Shown: positions 44,892 through 54,508 of the stretch, one piece after another
Position numbering within the stretch: the stretch's first letter is position 1
Layout: the number at the start of each line of letters is the position of its first letter
Origin: a virus
Virus record (IMG/VR): IMGVR_UViG_3300042287_000907
Direction: 5' to 3' (one strand)
DNA length: 64,000 bases
Position numbers and translations under genes: made by a program
The notes under the pieces: model-generated
What the model was told of the DNA's origin: nothing
Database searches by the model: none
What the model saw: only the letters and a program-made list of their open reading frames with translations

Positions 44892-45911
44892 TTAAAAACG
44901 ATGGCTGATTCCTAGTCCTAATGAACTGGTATCTAAACCGGCTGTTGCCGGAGCACTTGTTGCATTGAACATGGTCATAGACGAGTTAGATTGATTATAG
45001 ACTTTGCTATATGCTCCATAAAGTGTGGTGCGTTTACTTAGGTCTTTGGTAACCGCTAATGTAACACCGTTGCCTTTGTTGTTAGTAGTGCTGGAACCAT
45101 TTGAGCTGTGCGCATATACGACATGAGCAGCATACTGTTGCTGCAACGGTACCCTTACTGAGGTTACCCATGTCGAACTAGTCACATCAGCGGTAGTTGA
45201 ATTATCACCTCTTGCATAGGCAGTACCAACTGATAACACAGAAAAATCATAGGCCAACCCTGCAGTCGTGGTCTCACGTGCTGCCACACCCACACCTTGA
45301 TTTTTCTGATAGCCTATTCCTGCCTTTACTTTGCCTGCTTCGTATCTTAGAGCCACTCCATTTTGATCTGCATTGGCATCTGTGGTTGCTCCTACGTTGT
45401 TGGTAGCATGACCCACTATGAGTTGAAATCCTCCATAAACTGGACTGTCATATCTGACCACGTTTTTTTGATCAGTACCCAATTCAACACTGGTACCGTT
45501 AGTTGGATGCATACCAAAGTTTCCAGATTGTGATACAAATATATCCATCTCTCCTACTAGAGCCACATCAGTTCGTCCCATTCTAATTGATCCCAACGAA
45601 GACTTGATACCAATATGCGCATCTCTATTGAAAATTTCATTAGCAGCTACAGTGGTAGACCCCATTGATCCTGTGGAGGGATTCAACGTTCCTTCTATTT
45701 GAAAAAAGGTACTTAGCCCTCCTCCGAGGTCTTCTGTGCCTCTAAACCCTAAACGACTCGTGCTATATTGACTATCAGCCGCTCTAGTAAAACTAGAGGT
45801 TCCGTTGTTGTAGGACTGTATGCTTGTGTCAATTACACCGTATACCGTAACCTGTGCGTAGGCGGCAGAAACTCCAAAAAGACACAGAAATGGCAAAAAT
45901 TTTAATTTCAT
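44892..45911 (-). CDS. Gram-negative outer-membrane porin (betaproteobacterial type)
   Basis: Signal peptide; VTVYGVID, SRLGFRGTEDLGGGL and LSKRTTLY motifs; C-terminal GISHRF. Confidence 0.9.
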   Translation of the reverse strand: MKLKFLPFLCLFGVSAAYAQVTVYGVIDTSIQSYNNGTSSFTRAADSQYSTSRLGFRGTEDLGGGLSTFFQIEGTLNPSTGSMGSTTVAANEIFNRDAHIGIKSSLGSIRMGRTDVALVGEMDIFVSQSGNFGMHPTNGTSVELGTDQKNVVRYDSPVYGGFQLIVGHATNNVGATTDANADQNGVALRYEAGKVKAGIGYQKNQGVGVAARETTTAGLAYDFSVLSVGTAYARGDNSTTADVTSSTWVTSVRVPLQQQYAAHVVYAHSSNGSSTTNNKGNGVTLAVTKDLSKRTTLYGAYSKVYNQSNSSMTMFNATSAPATAGLDTSSLGLGISHRF

Positions 45912-45989
45912 TTAATTCGATCTCCATAAATTTAAATCGCTACACTATATATCCTTGAGTAATTTTCTTCAAAATTTTCTATAAAAGTA

Positions 45990-46018
45990 TTGCAATAAGA
46001 ATGATTTTGTTATATAAT
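45990..46018 (+). promoter_or_regulatory. Sigma70 promoter
   Basis: TTGCAA-17nt-TATAAT. Confidence 0.75.
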
Positions 46019-46024
46019 AAAGCT

Positions 46025-46135
46025 GTGGTCGTGAGCAAATTGGCAAAGCTCCCGCTGGACCCATAGTCCAGAATGGGGACGGGGCGCTGACGTAGTTCGT
46101 AGCCTTTGTAGGTTCGAAACCTACCGACCACACCA
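46025..46135 (+). ncRNA. tRNA-like RNA (111 nt) with expanded, potentially pseudoknotted anticodon arm
   Basis: GTGGTCG/CGACCAC-A-CCA acceptor, D arm with GG, T arm GTAGG-TTCGAAA-CCTAC, long V arm. Confidence 0.75.
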
Positions 46136-46177
46136 ATTACTACAATAAGTAGTAGAACATAACTTAAGGAAAACATT

Positions 46178-46372
46178 ATGTCAAACACAGTAGAACAACT
46201 CAAAGCAGCATTTGAAAACTTTTTAGCGGAAGATGCAAAATTTGCCGCTGGTAACAACGCAGCAGGTACTCGTGCTCGTAAAGCACTTCAAGAAGTAGGT
46301 AAAGCAGTTAAAGCTCGTCGTAACGAAATCACAGAAGAAAAGAACGCCCGTAAAGAAGCTAAAGGTGCATAA
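46178..46372 (+). CDS. Histone H1-like (Hc1 family) small protein
   Basis: KFAAGNNAAGTRARKALQE pattern. Confidence 0.7.
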   Translation: MSNTVEQLKAAFENFLAEDAKFAAGNNAAGTRARKALQEVGKAVKARRNEITEEKNARKEAKGA

Positions 46373-46938
46373 TGCATCTTGATCAAGATGCTTTTTCTAG
46401 CGGACAAGTATTGAGCAAATTATGGTTAGCTGAATCTTTAGAAAAAATCATAGAACTTAACATGCCAGCACACCCTAGACAGATACTTTGTTTAGGTGGC
46501 TGGTATGGTCTAACAAATTTTATATTAAGGATCCGCAATCGTATTGAAATCAAAACTTTTCGCAGTTTAGATATTGATCCCGAAGTTGAAAAAATCGCAG
46601 ATAAGATCAATAACTCTTGGGAGTGGCAAAATTGGCAATTTAAAAGTATAACTGGCGATGCCAACGACTTTCAATATACCATCGATGATTTCGACACAGT
46701 GATAAACACCAGCGTAGAACATATTGAATCTCAAGAATGGTTTGACAACATTCCTAAAGGAACATTAGTGGTGTTACAAAGCAACGACATGAAACATGAA
46801 GATCATTGTCATAATCATAATTCTCTAGAAAACTTTGTCAAAGATTTCAAGTTATCTGAGATTTATTTTACTGGTGAAAAACTATTTGAATATCCAGATT
46901 GGCAATTTCGAAGATTTATGATTATTGGGGTAAAATAA
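46372..46938 (+). CDS. Class I SAM-dependent methyltransferase-like protein
   Basis: LGGWYG, SLDID and VINTSVEH motifs. Confidence 0.65.
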   Translation: MHLDQDAFSSGQVLSKLWLAESLEKIIELNMPAHPRQILCLGGWYGLTNFILRIRNRIEIKTFRSLDIDPEVEKIADKINNSWEWQNWQFKSITGDANDFQYTIDDFDTVINTSVEHIESQEWFDNIPKGTLVVLQSNDMKHEDHCHNHNSLENFVKDFKLSEIYFTGEKLFEYPDWQFRRFMIIGVK

Positions 46939-46941
46939 TAA

Positions 46942-47442
46942 ATGGCCAACAAAAAAAACATGAATAAAGATTACACCGTAACTGGTAGTCTAGATGGATA
47001 TGGTGCTGGTGCTCTCGACTATAGTAATATCAGTTCTGGGTACGGTGCTGATACTATCACCATTGACTTAGGTGGGGGAGCAGCACAGCCAATCTATACC
47101 ATAGATACAATGAACGATATCACTCTGGATTCCAGCACGTTCACCTTCGGCAGCACCACAGTTCCTTATACCTACACAACAACCGGCACAACTGGTTATA
47201 ACTTCAATACCACATCACCAAGTGTCAATATCACAAGTGGTGGTATCGACATGGCTGCTGGCACTGATATCAAAGTAGATGGTAAAAGTCTCAAAGAGTT
47301 TATGAACAAGATGGAAGAACGTTTGGCCATACTTGTTCCTGATCCTAAGAAACTAGAACAGTTTGCTGCACTGAAAAAAGCCTACGAACATTACAAGCTG
47401 ATGGAGTCGCTCTGTCAGGAACAACCTAAAGAAGAAGCTTAA
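46942..47442 (+). CDS. Hypothetical protein, Thr/Gly-rich
   Basis: ORF track. Confidence 0.65.
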   Translation: MANKKNMNKDYTVTGSLDGYGAGALDYSNISSGYGADTITIDLGGGAAQPIYTIDTMNDITLDSSTFTFGSTTVPYTYTTTGTTGYNFNTTSPSVNITSGGIDMAAGTDIKVDGKSLKEFMNKMEERLAILVPDPKKLEQFAALKKAYEHYKLMESLCQEQPKEEA

Positions 47443-47446
47443 ATAT

Positions 47447-48118
47447 ATGGATGTTAAACTTTTATCCTACAGTCAACCCACAGCCGAATTTAGAGATCTG
47501 GGCCTCTCAGATGCGCAGGAACTCATTGCGTATTGCGCCCGTGTCAGCAATCCCTCAAATCAACTTAACACAGAAACATCAGAGAAGCTTATACGATATT
47601 TGGTCAGACACCAACACTGGTCGCCACTTGAAATGGTTTCAGCCTGTATTGAAATTACCACAACACGAGATATTGCAAGACAAATTTTGCGACACAGAAG
47701 CTTCAGCTTCCAAGAGTTCAGTCAGCGATATGCTGATCCTACTAAAGACCTGTCGTTTGTTACAAGAGAAGCTAGACTTCAAGACCCCAAGAACAGACAG
47801 AACAGTGTCGAAGTGGAAGATCAACTGCTACAAAACGAATGGTATAGAGCTCAACAACGAGTTATCTATGCCGCACAACGAGAATACGAGTGGGCTATCG
47901 CTAATGGCATAGCCAAGGAACAGGCTCGAGCTGTGCTACCAGAAGGACTTATCGAAAGCCGCTTGTATATGAATGGCACTCTGCGTAGTTGGATTCACTT
48001 TATTGAATTGAGATCAGCTAACGGCACACAGAAAGAACATCAATTAATTGCACGGTCCTGTGCAGAAGTGATCGCTACTGTGTTTCCTATGGCAGAAGAT
48101 TTACTAAGCAAGGAGTAA
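47447..48118 (+). CDS. thyX: FAD-dependent thymidylate synthase
   Basis: HWSPLE, RHRSFSFQEFSQRY and ARAVLP signature. Confidence 0.95.
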   Translation: MDVKLLSYSQPTAEFRDLGLSDAQELIAYCARVSNPSNQLNTETSEKLIRYLVRHQHWSPLEMVSACIEITTTRDIARQILRHRSFSFQEFSQRYADPTKDLSFVTREARLQDPKNRQNSVEVEDQLLQNEWYRAQQRVIYAAQREYEWAIANGIAKEQARAVLPEGLIESRLYMNGTLRSWIHFIELRSANGTQKEHQLIARSCAEVIATVFPMAEDLLSKE

Positions 48119-48120
48119 TA

Positions 48121-48276
48121 ATGAAGACAGATCTACTCAAAGCAGCACTGTTAAAGAAAAAACAGAATCAAAAACAAAACAACGACAAAAACACCACAGA
48201 TGCCAATCACGGCATACATGGTAGTCAGATCAATGTAAACAAACCCGTCAAAAAGTCTGCAGGTCGTGGAAGATAA
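48121..48276 (+). CDS. Small basic hypothetical protein (51 aa, not in ORF track)
   Basis: AAGGAG SD; MKTDLLKAALLKKK...SAGRGR*. Confidence 0.55.
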   Translation: MKTDLLKAALLKKKQNQKQNNDKNTTDANHGIHGSQINVNKPVKKSAGRGR

Positions 48277-48649
48277 TCTCAAAAAATTCTGTGAAAATTA
48301 CGATGTTCGTGTAGTCAATGACACTGGACGAGCTGCTCGATATCATCCCCCTAGATTCTTTACAGATCCCGAACGTGCTGATGTCATACGAAACGATGTC
48401 GTAGAATATCAAACTGAGAAACTCTATACTCTGCAGATTCCAGAGAGCAGATTAAAGACTTTGGTAGAGATGGAAAAACGCTTCTTCAACAACAATCCGC
48501 ACAGCCAGGGCTACACTGACATGTTCGAAATGCTGATGAACAAAGAACGTGAGGAATCAAACTTTCGTATGACCCACGAGTCTGTGAAAAAAGCCTACGA
48601 GCAGTACAGCATGATGCTGTATTTGGCAGGGTATCATCGAAAAATCTGA
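48266..48649 (+). CDS. Hypothetical phage protein
   Basis: ORF track. Confidence 0.65.
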   Translation: MEDNLKKFCENYDVRVVNDTGRAARYHPPRFFTDPERADVIRNDVVEYQTEKLYTLQIPESRLKTLVEMEKRFFNNNPHSQGYTDMFEMLMNKEREESNFRMTHESVKKAYEQYSMMLYLAGYHRKI

Positions 48650-48667
48650 GTCATTTTCCAATTGTTA

Positions 48668-48696
48668 TTGACAGATTCTTGAAAAGATCGTATAAT
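48668..48696 (+). promoter_or_regulatory. Sigma70 promoter
   Basis: TTGACA-17nt-TATAAT. Confidence 0.9.
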
Positions 48697-48732
48697 TAAA
48701 GTGTTCGACTACTAAGTCTTAGAAGGAATAAA

Positions 48733-49581
48733 ATGGCACAGCACACTAACTATTGGAGTTGTACTCCATTCGCAGATTGGGTTCGAGGCACCGAGAAGCT
48801 CAGTGCAGGCACAGCTGAAGAATGGGATAACTGGACCACCCAAGCCCAGATCAAGCACAACTTCCGTTATTGGTTAGCTGAGGAAGCACTAGGACATATC
48901 CAAGATTTTGTCACTTGGCCTGTAAGGAAACTATATGATATCAAGTACTACATTAACAACCGTTGGGTTAGTCGCACTCATAGTCTTACCGCTCATCCCA
49001 GGGATATTAAGCCTGGCCAGTGGCAGGACGTGGGGAACCGCTTTCTGCCTTGCCTATTCAATGAGCTGGTTGATTTTGTTGAGATAGAATCAGCTTGGAG
49101 TCACATTGCATGGGGAGACAAAGAAGCCCGTGCCAAATACAATCCCCCATTCTGGGCTAGTGGCTGGTTCCGTTGGCGTGTTTGGCGTTGTCCACAAGCA
49201 GGTCTTGATCACTTAGATTGGGCAATGACACTAACTATGGGTGACGACTGGGGTGTAGAAAAGGATAGTCCTAATTACGGAAAGCCGACTAGCCAAGCAC
49301 TTCGTGCAAAAGAAATCAAAGAACTTTACACATGGTGGACTGTGACTTATCGCAATCGTCCTGATCCATACGAAGCATCGGGCTGGAGTGCTCACTGCGA
49401 TGCTATGCGTGTGAAGTATCCAGGCAGAATGTTTTCTAGCCTATACCCAAAAGATCCTGCTGATCGCAAAGCCAGCGATAAGGCTCACAAGCTACTGCAA
49501 AAGATCGAAGCTGCCTACGAAAAAGAAGACGAAGCTATGATGATTCGTTTGATCAAAGCTCGAGATAGTCTATGGACTTGA
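48733..49581 (+). CDS. Hypothetical Trp-rich phage protein
   Basis: ORF track; AAGGA SD. Confidence 0.75.
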   Translation: MAQHTNYWSCTPFADWVRGTEKLSAGTAEEWDNWTTQAQIKHNFRYWLAEEALGHIQDFVTWPVRKLYDIKYYINNRWVSRTHSLTAHPRDIKPGQWQDVGNRFLPCLFNELVDFVEIESAWSHIAWGDKEARAKYNPPFWASGWFRWRVWRCPQAGLDHLDWAMTLTMGDDWGVEKDSPNYGKPTSQALRAKEIKELYTWWTVTYRNRPDPYEASGWSAHCDAMRVKYPGRMFSSLYPKDPADRKASDKAHKLLQKIEAAYEKEDEAMMIRLIKARDSLWT

Positions 49582-49707
49582 AAGACTCTAGATTCCGCCT
49601 TTGGGTCAACCAACTTTGGATGGAGAATCGCGAGGAGAGATTGATCTACAGAGAAGAACCTGCTACAATTAAACAGTACTGGCACACCTACAAGTGGTGG
49701 ATCAGAC

Positions 49708-49956
49708 GTGAATATCGACACCAAGAGAGAAAAAATGCCCGACGATAAAATGCAACAGCTCTATGATAACTATCTAGAGTTCACCGATCACATGATAGGT
49801 GTACATGGTGCCATGCAGGTGGCAGCGGTTATGATGACGCAGGCGCTGAGCATATATCGATCTGCAATGGATCCTGACGACTACGATAGGATGGTTGATA
49901 TGATTTCAGCCAGTCGCTCGCAGGTAAAAACATTTGATAGGTTGCCCATACAATGA
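49708..49956 (+). CDS. Hypothetical phage protein
   Basis: ORF track. Confidence 0.6.
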   Translation: MNIDTKREKMPDDKMQQLYDNYLEFTDHMIGVHGAMQVAAVMMTQALSIYRSAMDPDDYDRMVDMISASRSQVKTFDRLPIQ

Positions 49957-50333
49957 AAGCACAAATTCCAGCAGAAGGTATTTTAAAAACCAACGATTGG
50001 GGAGACTCTAAAGTCTACAAGATTATTTGTAATTGTGGCCACGATGATCACAGCCATAATGTCTGGGTTGAATCTGACGAGTACGAAGTTAACATCACTG
50101 TTTACACCACAGTCAAGACAAACTTTTGGTCAAAGACACGTTGGCAACATATTTGGACATTGTTATCAAAAGGCTACATCGATTGCGAAACCACTGTGTC
50201 TATGACTGAACAACAGGCCCTTAATTACGCCCACACACTGCTTGATGCAGTTGATGATGTGAAAAAATTTAAAAAAGATTTCAAAGAAAAATCTGCTACT
50301 ACCAAATCATTAGAACAAGGAGATTGTGTATGA
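49953..50333 (+). CDS. Hypothetical phage protein
   Basis: ORF track; CNCG...H motif. Confidence 0.65.
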   Translation: MKAQIPAEGILKTNDWGDSKVYKIICNCGHDDHSHNVWVESDEYEVNITVYTTVKTNFWSKTRWQHIWTLLSKGYIDCETTVSMTEQQALNYAHTLLDAVDDVKKFKKDFKEKSATTKSLEQGDCV

Positions 50334-51577
50334 CAGCCAACCCCAAAGGCTCATGGCCATTCGCTCCCAGCGATGCTCCAGAACCAACTGCTGAAGAACT
50401 AGAAAAACAACAGCTGGCAGAGAAACAGCAGCTGATAGAAGTTCTCAAGTTCACACCATGCACCTATAAAATATCAATGTGGGGCTACGGTGGCGAAAAG
50501 GTCATGGGCACAGTGAAAAAGAAAGTATGGAACTACTGCATGAAAAACAGCGTGGACCTGCAAGAAATAGCTTGGAGTGATGAAGACACTGTTCAGGAAG
50601 AAATGGGATTAGATTTAGATCAGTTACCGTTTACACCCGGACAGTGGTATGAGTGCGATGATATGGCACATGTCAATGGAGTAAGCCGAGGTGCCGGAAC
50701 AGTACAGATTGAAAATGAAAAAGGTGACACAATTTTTGAAAAAAGTTTTGATGACTGTGATGGCGGTGATGGCAGCCCTGCATGGAGCTGTCAGGACGAG
50801 GTCTGGGTCGGCAGTCGTAAAAAAGGTGAAGTGGTGTTCATTGGTAGCTCCAACGAGAAAGGAACATTCTTTGAGGGAGAGTTTGAACTGCGAGCCCCGT
50901 TTGATATTGAAAAACTAGAACTCTACTACGATGAAGTTGACGGAGAAGAGATTGTGAACTCCGTGATGTATGACGGTGAAGAGATCGACAACAACGGTGG
51001 CTCAACCGACGGCAAGAGTTCAGACATGATTATGGTCATGCTTACAGACGACGAAGGCGGATTTGTACGATATTCTCCAGAAGAAAAGAACTGGGGACAT
51101 CCTCCGATTGGTACTAGTCCAAGCGAATGGGAAAAGTCTGAAACGTTTAAGTTTAAAAAAGTCAAACCTACAATAGAAGGTTGGTATAGCTGTGTTTGGC
51201 GAAGCTATGGTACCACATACGGTACGGCATACTGGAACGGCACAGAATTCGGTGAATGGGAATACGGCAAGTTCAAACCAATCTCTGGTGTAGAAACCTG
51301 GAGTGGTTACAATTGGGACACAAGCTCATGGGTCAATCAACCTCCCGAGCCTGTGGATGCTATCTGCGATAACAAAGAATGCGGATGGGTAGGTATGCGC
51401 AGCGATATGCGTGAAGATGACGACTACAACAGTCATTGTCCAGAATGCGATGGCACAGAGTTTTCGTGGATTGACTATGATCCTAACACCAAAGAGGGTC
51501 GTGCTAATCGTAAAAAGTATTGTAAAGAATGGGATCCAGAAGTATCTATGAATAGAATTGTAAAATCACATGGATAA
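50324..51577 (+). CDS. Acidic multidomain hypothetical protein with C-terminal Zn ribbon
   Basis: CDNKECGW...CPEC. Confidence 0.7.
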   Translation: MCMTANPKGSWPFAPSDAPEPTAEELEKQQLAEKQQLIEVLKFTPCTYKISMWGYGGEKVMGTVKKKVWNYCMKNSVDLQEIAWSDEDTVQEEMGLDLDQLPFTPGQWYECDDMAHVNGVSRGAGTVQIENEKGDTIFEKSFDDCDGGDGSPAWSCQDEVWVGSRKKGEVVFIGSSNEKGTFFEGEFELRAPFDIEKLELYYDEVDGEEIVNSVMYDGEEIDNNGGSTDGKSSDMIMVMLTDDEGGFVRYSPEEKNWGHPPIGTSPSEWEKSETFKFKKVKPTIEGWYSCVWRSYGTTYGTAYWNGTEFGEWEYGKFKPISGVETWSGYNWDTSSWVNQPPEPVDAICDNKECGWVGMRSDMREDDDYNSHCPECDGTEFSWIDYDPNTKEGRANRKKYCKEWDPEVSMNRIVKSHG

Positions 51578-52127
51578 AGTTAGTAAAAGCCCTGATCGAC
51601 ATACCTTTCAAAAAGAGGGATATGTCAAACGACAGGAAGAAAAAGGAGAACCTATCAATGAAAATTATCTTGATTGGTTTGAACAAGTCTTAGAAGAACA
51701 TAATAATAAGTTTAACGATCCCCAAAGCAGAATCAACAACATGGAGTACGATCTCCTAACCACTAATTGGATTTTGGAGAAAGTTCGTGCTCACGATGCA
51801 TATGCTCAAAACTTGTATGCGGCAATGTGTAATAATGGATTCATTAGGCTAGAAGTCATTCCTGTACTTAAAGGTGAGGAATGGGGTTGCTCTTGGAGAT
51901 ATGCTGGCGGCATTGTAGCTGATATGCGACAACAAGGTGATTACATCGATTGGTATTGTTCGGGTATCCGAAATGATTATCAAGACGAAGAAGCTGGAAA
52001 TTTATATGATCAGCGTAAATATGTACCCGAAGGTTGCATCACCGACGAGATCCGGAGTGATCTCCAACGTCTTGGCTGGGCCGTAGCGCCTGGTGGAGAT
52101 TGGGAAAACTTTGAAAAAGGAGATTAA
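51570..52127 (+). CDS. Hypothetical phage protein
   Basis: ORF track. Confidence 0.7.
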   Translation: MDKVSKSPDRHTFQKEGYVKRQEEKGEPINENYLDWFEQVLEEHNNKFNDPQSRINNMEYDLLTTNWILEKVRAHDAYAQNLYAAMCNNGFIRLEVIPVLKGEEWGCSWRYAGGIVADMRQQGDYIDWYCSGIRNDYQDEEAGNLYDQRKYVPEGCITDEIRSDLQRLGWAVAPGGDWENFEKGD

Positions 52128-52136
52128 TAATTTATT

Positions 52137-52334
52137 ATGACCTGGGAACTTTATGAGGTCTGGTCTGAGGACGATATTGGACATCAGGAATTGGTAGAAA
52201 CTACCAAGAGTTTGAAAGAAGCCAAAGAATTAGCTCAAAATACTTTGGAACTAGAAGGCATAGAAGCCGTGACCATATTCCAAGAATTGGACAACGGCGA
52301 CACCGTGGAAATTGAACGGTTGACATTATATTAA
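52137..52334 (+). CDS. Small acidic hypothetical protein
   Basis: ORF track. Confidence 0.6.
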   Translation: MTWELYEVWSEDDIGHQELVETTKSLKEAKELAQNTLELEGIEAVTIFQELDNGDTVEIERLTLY

Positions 52335-52348
52335 ATTGGTGCTATAAT
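52320..52348 (+). promoter_or_regulatory. Sigma70 promoter
   Basis: TTGACA-17nt-TATAAT. Confidence 0.9.
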
Positions 52349-52379
52349 AACTATATTAATTACTGCACAGGAGCATAAA

Positions 52380-53561
52380 TTGGCAACAAGCACTCGAGTT
52401 TCTAAAAAACATGTGGCCGAGCATCGTGCCAAGGCCGGTCGTGACCTGAGCCCTAAGTGGGACGGTCAAGAGGTAATGACCGCAGACCAATTCAATCGAC
52501 ACTTCCGTATAAGCATGGACTATTACAGATTGGAACACAGCGGCAAAGACCTTAAGCCTAAGGTCATAAACTGGATGAGCGTGAATGGCTACTCTAAGGA
52601 CACTATCAAACAGTTCAAAGATACCAAAGACAATCGATGTTCTATCACAGTTGGGGCAGTTGCTGCCAATCTACTGCGTGGTATGCCTCCAGTGAGAGCA
52701 GATTTTAACGAAGGTCGTAACACAGCAGAATGGCTCAGCAAGGCTATTGCCAACATTATTGATGAAGGCAAACACGATGAACAGGAAGTAGAACTAAGCA
52801 CAGCATCTAAACCTGCGATTATCCAACCCAGTATACAGGAACGCACTCAAGAAGCTGCCTTTAAAATGACTGAAGAGATCGAAGATGCTCTGGAATTATT
52901 CGCTGAAGATCCAGAAGCGTTTGATCCTAAAGCATTTAAGCTTCTAAATCTTCTAAGAGGTCGCCAGGTCAAGGCCGCACACGCTAGGATCATCAAGAAT
53001 TGGTACCAGCGACAGCATGATGAATATGCGGAACTGCAAGAAGGTAAATGCGAACAACTCAAAGAAGGTTACAGCCATTTGACCAAAGCACAGATCAAAA
53101 AGATTGTGACATTCTACAATGAAATTCTTGCTGCCTGCGATATGCTGGCACAGGAAGCTAAGATCAATAAGAAGCCTAGGGCTAAAAAACCCACTGATAA
53201 ATCTAAGTTAGTCGCCAAAATGAAACATCTCAAACAGGATGATAAATTAAAACTGGTCAGCATTAACCCACAGGATATCATAGGTGCTAAAGAATTGTGG
53301 GTGTTTAATACTAAAACTCGTAAAATAGGCAAGTATATAGCTGCCGAATTCAACGAGCTCGGTGTCAAAGGCACGAGTATTATAGGATTTGATCCAATAA
53401 AAAGTGTGCAAAAAACACTACGTAAACCAGAAGAACAGCTCAAAGAGTTCAAGGCTGCAGGCAAGGTACAGTTACGCAAGTTCCTAGACGATATTAAAGC
53501 TGTAGATATCAAGCTGAACGGTAGAATTAACGAAGATACTATACTGATTCGCATTCAATAA
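52380..53561 (+). CDS. Large basic hypothetical phage protein
   Basis: AGGAG SD; own promoter and terminator. Confidence 0.75.
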   Translation: MATSTRVSKKHVAEHRAKAGRDLSPKWDGQEVMTADQFNRHFRISMDYYRLEHSGKDLKPKVINWMSVNGYSKDTIKQFKDTKDNRCSITVGAVAANLLRGMPPVRADFNEGRNTAEWLSKAIANIIDEGKHDEQEVELSTASKPAIIQPSIQERTQEAAFKMTEEIEDALELFAEDPEAFDPKAFKLLNLLRGRQVKAAHARIIKNWYQRQHDEYAELQEGKCEQLKEGYSHLTKAQIKKIVTFYNEILAACDMLAQEAKINKKPRAKKPTDKSKLVAKMKHLKQDDKLKLVSINPQDIIGAKELWVFNTKTRKIGKYIAAEFNELGVKGTSIIGFDPIKSVQKTLRKPEEQLKEFKAAGKVQLRKFLDDIKAVDIKLNGRINEDTILIRIQ

Positions 53562-53579
53562 TAACGTAGATCTACAGTA

Positions 53580-53606
53580 AAAACAGGCTTCGGCCTGTTT
53601 TTTTTT
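53580..53606 (+). terminator. Intrinsic terminator
   Basis: AAAACAGGC-TTCG-GCCTGTTTT plus T-tract. Confidence 0.9.
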
Positions 53607-53674
53607 GCATTGATAAATACAATAATATATGCAATCTTGTATTATTTCGATTGTGAAAAAATGGAAACACATAA

Positions 53675-54508
53675 ATGCCTAATCAACAATCTATAGATAA
53701 CCTGTTAACTTCGTTTAGAGAAGTTTTAGAATCTGGCAAAGATGTCAATGTAGCGGAAGTGCCATTTATCATTATAAAAGGTGATATTGATGGCAAGGGC
53801 ATTCTTTGGTCAGGACAAGGACATAATAAACAATTTTTATTTGCCTCTAAACCAGATAGATTTTTTGTATCTGAAAACATTGATTTAGCCAAAGGCAAAA
53901 ATATATCAGTCAATAATATAAAACTGCTAGATGAAAAAGAACTAGGCGCTACTGTTACCAAAAGCAATTTACGTGAAGTTGGTCATCTTAAGGGATTGAT
54001 TGTAGATGGCAGTATGAGAATTGATCAATACATAGTTTATGATAGTAATACCAATAGGTTAGGTATAGGAATTGAAAATCCTAATGCTGCTCTCAGCATT
54101 GCTGAGGACGGAGTAGAAATAATCCTAGGTACAACAAATGGAGTAAAGGGATTTGTTGGTACATTTGCCAGTCATAATCTAGATATCGTAACTGATAACA
54201 CTCCAAGGATTTCTATCGAAGCTGGCGGTAATATTACACTAGGCAGCAATGTTAATAAAGTAACTGTGTTAGGAACATTAGGAATTAATGTTAACAATCC
54301 CGATCCGCGAGCTGCATTACATGTGAATGGATCAATTAAATTTAATAACAAAATACATCTCAGCGATAATAATTTTCCAACTTCTGGTCATTACACTGTT
54401 GGAGATATCGTCTGGAACAATCAACCAGCCGCTGGCAGATTCGTAGGTTGGGTATGCGTGGTTGAAGGAAGTCCTGGTCTTTGGAACGGATTCGGAAGAA
54501 TTGAATAA
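53675..54508 (+). CDS. Tail-fibre-related structural protein
   Basis: RLGIGIENP and LGINVNNP beta repeats; GDIVWN...GWVCV C-terminal motif. Confidence 0.6.
   Translation: MPNQQSIDNLLTSFREVLESGKDVNVAEVPFIIIKGDIDGKGILWSGQGHNKQFLFASKPDRFFVSENIDLAKGKNISVNNIKLLDEKELGATVTKSNLREVGHLKGLIVDGSMRIDQYIVYDSNTNRLGIGIENPNAALSIAEDGVEIILGTTNGVKGFVGTFASHNLDIVTDNTPRISIEAGGNITLGSNVNKVTVLGTLGINVNNPDPRAALHVNGSIKFNNKIHLSDNNFPTSGHYTVGDIVWNNQPAAGRFVGWVCVVEGSPGLWNGFGRIE

Noticed and set aside
21878-45911. Host chromosomal DNA or a mobile element as explanation for the island
   Set aside because: No integrase, transposase or att repeats were seen; genes are compact and divergent, and related oxygenase genes are also interspersed in the phage tRNA array. 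An assembly chimera cannot be fully excluded without reads.
45979-46257. Minus-strand 92-aa ORF
   Set aside because: Antisense to the promoter, the tRNA-like RNA and the Hc1-like gene.
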